NCBI GenBank assembly: GCA_965223855.1
Contig: CBDCXM010000009.1
Coordinates: 1 to 64,000 of the forward strand
Direction: 5' to 3'
DNA: 64,000 bases
Source of the DNA: Candidatus Multivoradales bacterium
GTDB taxonomy: Bacteria > Acidobacteriota > Thermoanaerobaculia > Multivoradales > JAHEKO01
Of this stretch, positions 57,138 through 64,000 are shown piece after piece. Positions within the stretch are counted from its first letter, which is position 1. Each line of letters opens with the position of its first letter. Below the pieces are notes generated by a model. That model was given only the letters and a program-made list of their open reading frames with translations, did no database searches and was not told the origin of the DNA. The position numbers and the translations under genes were made by a program.

Positions 57138-59357
57138 ATGGTCGGACAAGGAATCTCTGTGCAGCGACGCATCGCGCAAGCGGTCGCTCGGACGACGCTC
57201 GTGGCGGCGGCCCTGGCCTTCGCCGGGCCGGCAGCGGCCTACGTCGGGCCCGGCGCCGGGTTCGCGATGGCGACCTCGATCGGGGTCGTCTTCTTCACCG
57301 TCATCATCGCGGTGCTCGCGGTGCTCACCTGGCCGTTCCGCATGGTGTGGCGGCTCATCCGCCGACCGGCGAAGCCCAACGCACGAGTGCGACGCCTCAT
57401 TTTCCTCGGCCTCGACGGCCAGGACCCGAGGCTGACCGAGAAGTGGATGGCCGAGGGCAAGCTCCCCAACTTCTCGCGCCTCGCCGAACTCGGCTGCTAC
57501 CACCGCCTGCAGTCGACCTACCCGTCGATCTCGCCGGTCGCCTGGTCTTCGTTCGCCACCGGCGTGCAGCCGGCCAAGCACAATATCTTCGACTTCCTGA
57601 GCCGCGACCGCGGAAGCTACCTGCCGCTCCTCTCCTCGACGTCGATCGAGACGATCGAGCGCCGCGGAGCCGCGCTTCTCAGGAAGCTGCGCCTCGGCAA
57701 GTACCGCTTCCCGGTGGAGAAGGCGCAGATCCGGATGCTTCGCAAGGCGAAGCCCTACTGGACGATTCTCGGTGAGCACTACATCTGGTCGACCGTCCTC
57801 CGCGTGCCGATCACCTTCCCGCCCGATCGTTTCTACGGCGCCCAGCTCGGGGCGATGTCGATCCCCGACCTGCTGGGCACCCAGGGGACCTTCGTCCTCT
57901 TCACCAACCGCCCGGCGGAAGGTGAGTTCAAGGAGGGGGGCATCCGCGTCGCTCTCGAAGACTCGGGCAATCCGAACGGGGGAGATCGTTTCGAGGCGAA
58001 GCTGGAAGGCCCCGAGAACGCCTTCCTCGACGGCGAGCCGCCGCTCGAGCTGCCGGTGGCGATCACGCTCGATCGCTCCGCCGGCAAAGCGACGGTCGAG
58101 ATCGGCGACGAGGAGATGGTGCTCGGAGTCGGCGAGCTCTCCGACTGGGTGAGCCTCGAGTTCCCCGCCGCGCCGACCGTCAAGGTGTCGGCGCTGGCGC
58201 GCATCCAGATCACCGAAATGGACGAGTTCGTCTCGCTCTACGTCACGCCGCTCAACATCGCCCCCGAGAATCCGGCGATGCCGATCTCGCACCCCGACTA
58301 CTACGCAAACTACCTGGCGAAGAAGATCGGTCCCTACTCGACCCTCGGCCTCGCCGAGGACACCTGGGCGCTCAACGAGGACGTGACCGACGACGCGACC
58401 TTCCTCCAGCAGAGCTACGACATCGACAAGGAGCGCGAGGAGATGTTCTTCGCCGCGCTCGATCGACTCAACAAGGGCTCGCTCGTGTGCGTCTTCGACG
58501 GCACCGACCGGATCCAGCACATGTTCTGGCGCTACATGGAGGAGGGGCATCCAGCCGCCGAAGGGCGCGATCCGGGCGAGCATGCCGACGCGATCGAGGA
58601 CCTCTACCGACACAACGACGCCCTCCTTGGCCGGACGATGAAGAAGCTGCGCAAGGGCGACCTGCTGTTCGTGCTCTCCGACCACGGCTTCACTTCGTTC
58701 CGCCGCGGCGTCAACGTCAACGCCTGGCTGCTCGAGCACGGCTACCTGCATCTCAAGGAAGGCGCCGACGGCTCGAGCGAGTGGCTCGCCGACGTCGACT
58801 GGTCCCGCACCCGCGCCTACAGCCTGGGTCTCGCCGGGATGTATCTGAACATCGAAGGCCGCGAGGCGCATGGCATCGTCAAACCGGGAGCCGAGGCGCA
58901 GGCGCTCAAGGACGAGCTGGTCGAGAAGCTCAGTGGGCTCGAGGACTCGGAGAAAGCCGACGTCGGCATCACCGAGCTGTTCGATACCTCCAAGCTCTAC
59001 TCCGGCCCTTATCTCGGCAATGCTCCGGACCTCCTCTTCGGCTTCAACGGCGGCTACCGCACCTCCTGGGACTGCGCCACCGGCGTCGTCTCCGGGCCGG
59101 TGTTCGACGACAACACCAAGGCGTGGAGCGGCGATCACTGCGTCGACCCCCGCCAGGTGCCGGGCGTGATGTTCTGCAACTTCCCCATCGACGACGAAGA
59201 TCCCTACCTGATGGACATGGCGCCAACCGCGCTGTCGCTCTTCGGCATCGACCCGCCGGCCCACATGGACGGCAAGTCGCTGTTCTCGAAGGAGCGGGAG
59301 TTCGATCCCGCGCGCGGCGCGGAGACGAAGCCGGTTGCCGAAGGAGCCGCCTCGTGA
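57138..59357 (+). CDS. AlkP-superfamily (NPP/type I phosphodiesterase-like) protein with signal peptide, YVGPGAG motif and TM
   Basis: GLDG, PSISPVAW, DRIQH, SDHG, WSGDH. Confidence 0.85.
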   Translation: MVGQGISVQRRIAQAVARTTLVAAALAFAGPAAAYVGPGAGFAMATSIGVVFFTVIIAVLAVLTWPFRMVWRLIRRPAKPNARVRRLIFLGLDGQDPRLTEKWMAEGKLPNFSRLAELGCYHRLQSTYPSISPVAWSSFATGVQPAKHNIFDFLSRDRGSYLPLLSSTSIETIERRGAALLRKLRLGKYRFPVEKAQIRMLRKAKPYWTILGEHYIWSTVLRVPITFPPDRFYGAQLGAMSIPDLLGTQGTFVLFTNRPAEGEFKEGGIRVALEDSGNPNGGDRFEAKLEGPENAFLDGEPPLELPVAITLDRSAGKATVEIGDEEMVLGVGELSDWVSLEFPAAPTVKVSALARIQITEMDEFVSLYVTPLNIAPENPAMPISHPDYYANYLAKKIGPYSTLGLAEDTWALNEDVTDDATFLQQSYDIDKEREEMFFAALDRLNKGSLVCVFDGTDRIQHMFWRYMEEGHPAAEGRDPGEHADAIEDLYRHNDALLGRTMKKLRKGDLLFVLSDHGFTSFRRGVNVNAWLLEHGYLHLKEGADGSSEWLADVDWSRTRAYSLGLAGMYLNIEGREAHGIVKPGAEAQALKDELVEKLSGLEDSEKADVGITELFDTSKLYSGPYLGNAPDLLFGFNGGYRTSWDCATGVVSGPVFDDNTKAWSGDHCVDPRQVPGVMFCNFPIDDEDPYLMDMAPTALSLFGIDPPAHMDGKSLFSKEREFDPARGAETKPVAEGAAS

Positions 59358-61306
59358 CCCGCCGCATCGGCATCGCGGCGCTCCTGCTGGCGGCCCTCGT
59401 CGGCCTCGGCGGCTGCAGCGACGGTCATCGGGTCACCGGCAAGCAGGTGGTCGTCATCGGCGTCGACGGCATGGACTGGAACTACACCCAGCAGATGATC
59501 GCCGACGGTCGGATGCCGACCTTCGCGCGCCTCGAGCGCGAGGGCTCGGCGGCGCCGCTCGGCACGTCGATCCCGCCGCTCTCGCCGATCGCCTGGTCGA
59601 ACTTCATGACCGGCACCGACTCCGGCCACCACGGCATCTTCGACTTCCTCCACCGCGACCCGGAGAGCTACTTCCCCACTTCTTCGCTTGCCAAGTCGGA
59701 GCAGGGCGAGCCAGGCCCGTGCCTCGGCAAGTACCGGCTGCCGGCCGACGGCACCTTCGAGATGCTCCGCCGCGGCGACCCGTTCTGGAAGCCGCTCGAG
59801 GAGACCGGCGTCGAGTCCTGGATCCTCAGAATGCCGGTCAACTTCCCGCCGTCGGGCTACGCCACCCGCGAGCTCTCCGGCATGGGCACACCCGACCTCA
59901 CCGGGTCGCTGGGCGAGTTCTCGTTCTTCACCTCGGCGCTCTTCTACGACGATGTCGGCTCGGGCGGCAAGGTCTACCCGCTCGACCTGTGGGAGGACCG
60001 CGCCGAGGGCGAGCTCGTCGGTCCGGAGAACATCTACCTGTGCGAGCCGGAGAAGACCCGGGTGCCGCTCGTCGTCTACTTCGACCCCGCCGAACCGGTC
60101 GCCAAGGTCGTCATCGGCGAGGAGGAGACGATCCTCAACGTCGGTGAATGGAGCGACTGGGTGCCGATCTCCTTCGAGCTGGCACCGACGCAGTCGCTCA
60201 ACGCCAAGGCGCGGCTCTACCTGCGCGCCGTCCGGCCCGAGGTCGAGCTCTACGTGACGCCGCTCCAGATCGACCCGATGGCGCCGATCATGCCGATCTC
60301 GACCCCGGCCGACTTCGCCGCCGAGCTCGCCGAGGCGACCGGCGGCTACTACACCCAGGGGATGCCGGAGGACACCAAGACCGCGACCGAGGAGCTGTTC
60401 TCGATCGACGAGTTCCTCGCCCAGGCGCGGATCGCCGGCATCGAGCTCGAAGAGCAGTTCGACTACCTGCTCGACGAGTTCGAGGACGGGTTGCTCTTCT
60501 ACTACTTCGGCAACCTCGACCAGGTGTCGCACATCATGTTCGGCATGACCGATCCGGAGCATCCGATCTACGACGAGGTCACCGCCGCCAAGTACGCGGG
60601 CGTCGTGCCGGAGCTCTACGAGCGCGCCGACCGCATGGTCGAGCTGGCGATGGAAAAGCTCCCCGAGGCGACGATCGTCGTGATGTCGGACCACGGCTTC
60701 TCGAGCTGGCGCCGGTCGATGAATCTCAACTCGTGGCTGCGCGACGAGGGGTACCTGGTCCTCAAGGACCCGTCGCTCACCAAGGACCCCGGCCTCTTCC
60801 GCAACGTCGACTGGGCGCGAACGCGCGCCTACGGAGTCGGCTTCAACGGCCTTTACATCAACGAGCGGGGGCGGGAGAGCCAGGGGATCGTCGACCCCGA
60901 AGACGCCGACGCGCTCCTGGCCGAGATCGGCGACAAGCTGCTGGCGACCCTCGACCCCAAGTCCGGCACCCCGGCCGTGACCCAGGTCTACCCGGCGGCC
61001 GAGACGTTCCAGGACGGCCCGGGCCTGCTCGTAGGCCCCGACATGATCGTCGGCTACGCGCTCGGGACCAAGGGCTCCTCCGACGGCGCTCTCGGCGAGA
61101 TCGAGCCGGAGGTCTTCAGCGACAACACGAGCGCCTGGACCGGCGACCACAGCATGGACCACGACGCGGTGCCGGGCATTCTCTTCACCAACAAACCGCT
61201 GTCGAAGCCGGCCCCGACCCTGATCGACCTCGCTGCCGCCGTGGTGGCTGAGTTCGGGCTCGAGCGGTTTCCGGTCGACGTCGACGGCGGCGCGGCACAG
61301 CAGTAG
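59354..61306 (+). CDS. AlkP-superfamily (NPP-like) paralogue, predicted lipoprotein
   Basis: GTGA overlap, lipobox LGGC, GVDG, PPLSPIAW, DQVSH, SDHG, WTGDH. Confidence 0.85.
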   Translation: MTRRIGIAALLLAALVGLGGCSDGHRVTGKQVVVIGVDGMDWNYTQQMIADGRMPTFARLEREGSAAPLGTSIPPLSPIAWSNFMTGTDSGHHGIFDFLHRDPESYFPTSSLAKSEQGEPGPCLGKYRLPADGTFEMLRRGDPFWKPLEETGVESWILRMPVNFPPSGYATRELSGMGTPDLTGSLGEFSFFTSALFYDDVGSGGKVYPLDLWEDRAEGELVGPENIYLCEPEKTRVPLVVYFDPAEPVAKVVIGEEETILNVGEWSDWVPISFELAPTQSLNAKARLYLRAVRPEVELYVTPLQIDPMAPIMPISTPADFAAELAEATGGYYTQGMPEDTKTATEELFSIDEFLAQARIAGIELEEQFDYLLDEFEDGLLFYYFGNLDQVSHIMFGMTDPEHPIYDEVTAAKYAGVVPELYERADRMVELAMEKLPEATIVVMSDHGFSSWRRSMNLNSWLRDEGYLVLKDPSLTKDPGLFRNVDWARTRAYGVGFNGLYINERGRESQGIVDPEDADALLAEIGDKLLATLDPKSGTPAVTQVYPAAETFQDGPGLLVGPDMIVGYALGTKGSSDGALGEIEPEVFSDNTSAWTGDHSMDHDAVPGILFTNKPLSKPAPTLIDLAAAVVAEFGLERFPVDVDGGAAQQ

Positions 61307-61315
61307 GAGGCAGTC

Positions 61316-61519
61316 ATGTTCGGAGGCGGCAAGATCAAACTCGACAAGGAGCTGATGGAGAAGGTGACGCGCATCGCCGCGATCGCCGGCTACTCCTCAC
61401 CGACCGAGTTCATCACTCACGCGCTCGAGAAGGAGCTGGCGAAGATCGAGGGTGAGGGCGAGGCTCTCTCCGAGGAAGAGATCAAGAAGCGGCTCCAGGG
61501 GCTCGGCTACATCTCGTAG
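61316..61519 (+). CDS. 67-aa protein with ribbon-helix-helix-like N-half and LxxLGY C-terminal motif
   Basis: RBS AGGAGG; KIKLDKELMEKV...GYSSPTEFITHALEKEL; EEEIKKRLQGLGYIS. Confidence 0.78.
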   Translation: MFGGGKIKLDKELMEKVTRIAAIAGYSSPTEFITHALEKELAKIEGEGEALSEEEIKKRLQGLGYIS

Positions 61520-61555
61520 GCGGTCGGCACCGGAACTCGGCGACACGACGACACC

Positions 61556-62374
61556 ATGGAAGCGATCAACGCACTGCTGCGCTCGGCCCTCGATGCCTTC
61601 TGGGGTCTGTTGGGCGGCCTGCCCGACTGGGTCGGGCTGACCGTGCTCGCCTTCCTGGTGACGCTGCTGATCCTGCCGGTCATCCGCTGGACCTTCAACT
61701 ACGACCTCGCGGAGCGCTTCAAGCGGGGTATCTACTCGGGCCTCTTCGAGATTCGCCTCTTCAACGACCGCCTCGGCGCGACCTTCCGCGGCCTGTTCGA
61801 TGTGCTCCGCAACACCGCCGCCTACATGGGGGCGTGGCTGCTGCCGCTCGTCGTCATGTCGATCCCGATGCTGCCGGTCTTCGCCCATCTGCACTTCCAC
61901 TACGGCTACGACGGGCTCGAGCCGGGCGCCTCGACGGTGCTGCGCGCCGAGTTCGCCGAAGACCGCGAGACGGGAAAGCCGGTCGCCTCGATCGACGTGC
62001 CGGAAGGGGTGTCGGTCGACACCCCCGCACTGTGGGTCGCGGCCCAGCGCGAGCTGAGCTGGCGGCTGTCGGCCGAGACCCCGGGCGAGTACGAGGTGCG
62101 GCTCTCGATCGACGGCGAGAGTTATACCAAGAGCGTCGTCGTCTCCGACCAGAGCACCCGGCGCTCGCCCCTGCGGCCACGCCAAAGCTTCTTCGACCAG
62201 CTGATCTACCCCGCCGAGCCGCCGCTGCCCGCCGGCAGCCCGCTCGAGCGCATCACCGTCGAGTACCCGGAGAAGTCGAGCGTCCTGATGGTGCCGACCT
62301 GGTGCTGGATCCTGATCCTGCTCTCGATCCCGTTCTTCCTGCTCCTCAAGGGCAGGTTCGGGGTCGAGGTCTGA
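61556..62374 (+). CDS. Three-TM membrane protein with inserted beta domain, DUF106/EMC3-like layout
   Basis: Amphipathic helix, TM1, helical loop, LLPLVVMSIP TM2, beta-rich domain, terminal TM WILILLSIPFFLLLKGRFGV. Confidence 0.7.
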   Translation: MEAINALLRSALDAFWGLLGGLPDWVGLTVLAFLVTLLILPVIRWTFNYDLAERFKRGIYSGLFEIRLFNDRLGATFRGLFDVLRNTAAYMGAWLLPLVVMSIPMLPVFAHLHFHYGYDGLEPGASTVLRAEFAEDRETGKPVASIDVPEGVSVDTPALWVAAQRELSWRLSAETPGEYEVRLSIDGESYTKSVVVSDQSTRRSPLRPRQSFFDQLIYPAEPPLPAGSPLERITVEYPEKSSVLMVPTWCWILILLSIPFFLLLKGRFGVEV

Positions 62375-62418
62375 TCGCGCCCGCTGACAGGCAGAACCTC
62401 GGACGGTAGCCTAGGGTC

Positions 62419-63960
62419 ATGCCGTTCGAGCCCGCGGAACGCTTCAACGTCGCCCACTACTTTCTCGACGCTCGCGTCGAGGAGGGGCACGGTGACCGAG
62501 CGGCCGTGACCCTCGGCGAGGAGACCCTGAGCTACGCTCAGGTGCAGTCGCTCGCCAACCGCTACGCCAACGCGCTGCGGCAGCTCGATGTCAGGCCGCG
62601 GGAGCGGGTGATGATCGCGCTCCCGGACGGCTTCGAGTGGGTCGGAGCGTTCTTCGGGGTCCTCAAGAGCGGGGCGGTCGTCGTGATGGTCAACCCGGGC
62701 CTCAAGGAGGACAACCTCACCCGGCTCTTCGACTACGTCAACCCACGCTGGGTGATTCTCGACGGCGAGGTCGCCGGGCGATTCACCGCCGCCGCCGGGG
62801 AGGCCCTCGACCCACCGACCCTCCTCGATGTCGGCCAGGGTGTGCTGGCGGAAGCTCTGGAGACCGCCCCGGAAGCGTTCGAGAACTACCCGACTCACCG
62901 GGACGACCCGGCGATCTGGCTCTTTTCGGGGGGCACCACCGGGCTGCCCAAGGGGGTCGTCCAGAGCCACACCTCGTTCGCCAACACGACCGAGCTCTAC
63001 GCCAAGGGAGCGGTCGGCTACGGGCCCGACGACGTCACGCTGTCCGTGCCGAAGCTCTACTTCGGCTACGCCACCGGGTCGAACCTGCTCTTCCCGTTCG
63101 CCGTCGGCGCTCGTGTGGTGCTCTTCCCCGAGCATCCGACCGCCGAGCGGCTGTTCGAGCTGATCGAGCGCCACCGCCCGACGATCCTCGTCAACGTGCC
63201 GACGATGGTGAACCAGATGGTCTCTCACGAAGCGGCCGATCACAGCGACCTGTCCTCGCTCCGGTTCGCCACATCGGCCGGTGAGGCGCTGCCGATCCCA
63301 CTCTACGAGGCGTGGAAGGAGCGCTTCGGGGTCGAACTGCTGGACGGTCTCGGCACCGCCGAGATGTGGCACATCTTCGTCACCAATCGCCCCGACGACG
63401 TGCGGCCGGGCACCCTGGGCCGGGCGGTCGAGGGGTTCGAGATCGACGTGCGCGACGACGACGGGCGCACGGTTCCGCCGGGCGAGCCGGGCAAGATGTG
63501 GGTGCGCGGCAACTCGCGCGCCATCGGCTACTGGCGCAACGCCCGGCGCAATCACGAGGCGTTCCACGGCGACTGGTTCGTCGGCGGCGACCTCGTGTCC
63601 CGCGACGCCGACGGCTACATCACCTACTGCGGGCGCGGCGACGACGTGCTCAAGGTCGGCGGCAAGTGGCTGGCGCCCCAGGAGGTCGAGAGCTGCCTGC
63701 TGCGCCATGAGGCGGTTCGCGAGTGTGCCGTCGTCGGTGTGGAGAACGCCGAGGGGCTCACCAAGCCGGTCGCCTTCGTCCGCTGCACAGCGTCGCGAGA
63801 CGATCTCCCGGACGAGCTCAAGCAGCACGTTCTCGACCGGCTCGACGCCTACAAGCACCCGCGGCAGGTGGTCGTGCTGGAGGAGTTCCCGCGCACCCAC
63901 CTGGGCAAGGTCGATCGCGGAGCGCTCAAGAGCATGGCCCGAGAGTCGCTCGGCGACTGA
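62419..63960 (+). CDS. Benzoate-CoA ligase family AMP-dependent ligase
   Basis: FNVAHYFLD, WLFSGGTTGLPKG, KLYFGY, SAGEALP, DGLGTAE. Confidence 0.88.
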   Translation: MPFEPAERFNVAHYFLDARVEEGHGDRAAVTLGEETLSYAQVQSLANRYANALRQLDVRPRERVMIALPDGFEWVGAFFGVLKSGAVVVMVNPGLKEDNLTRLFDYVNPRWVILDGEVAGRFTAAAGEALDPPTLLDVGQGVLAEALETAPEAFENYPTHRDDPAIWLFSGGTTGLPKGVVQSHTSFANTTELYAKGAVGYGPDDVTLSVPKLYFGYATGSNLLFPFAVGARVVLFPEHPTAERLFELIERHRPTILVNVPTMVNQMVSHEAADHSDLSSLRFATSAGEALPIPLYEAWKERFGVELLDGLGTAEMWHIFVTNRPDDVRPGTLGRAVEGFEIDVRDDDGRTVPPGEPGKMWVRGNSRAIGYWRNARRNHEAFHGDWFVGGDLVSRDADGYITYCGRGDDVLKVGGKWLAPQEVESCLLRHEAVRECAVVGVENAEGLTKPVAFVRCTASRDDLPDELKQHVLDRLDAYKHPRQVVVLEEFPRTHLGKVDRGALKSMARESLGD

Positions 63961-64000
63961 AGAACCGCCCGGGCCCCGAGCTCGTAAAGGAGACGAGATG

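Noticed and set aside
62419-63960. Assigning benzoate degradation, or firm membership of the AlkP system, to the CoA ligase
   Set aside because: Substrate cannot be read from the motifs and the downstream context is cut off (the next ATG is at 63998)

Overview
High-GC bacterial window, densely coding, with no rRNA, tRNA, CRISPR or transposase recognised. The lineage is probably Acidobacteriota/Thermoanaerobaculia-like, inferred only from gene content and the DGFESGD C-terminal tags. Respiration dominates, in two branches. (i) Minus strand: a split b6-type Rieske/cytochrome b complex with an octaheme cytochrome c, an amicyanin-motif lipoprotein, heme O/A synthases and an A1-type heme-copper oxidase whose K-channel Lys is replaced. 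(ii) Plus strand: an alternative complex III (actABCDEF plus an ActG-like gene)-SCO-caa3 (A2-type) operon preceded by a perfect Rex-type operator. Also present: a pantothenate/CoA cluster (panBECD, coaX, split coaC/coaB) with a candidate pan RNA motif, a FabG-FabF-ACP-LpxL-like acylation cassette, secreted peptidases (two share a 19-aa C-terminal tag), a large membrane patatin-like lipase, a LytS/LytTR system with an AlgR-like box, and two structured intergenic elements. The best candidate for an undescribed system is 56.3-62.4 kb: a sulfotransferase divergent from two AlkP-superfamily paralogues, a microprotein ending in LxxLGY and a DUF106/EMC3-like membrane protein. All calls were made by eye from motifs; no database searches were run.
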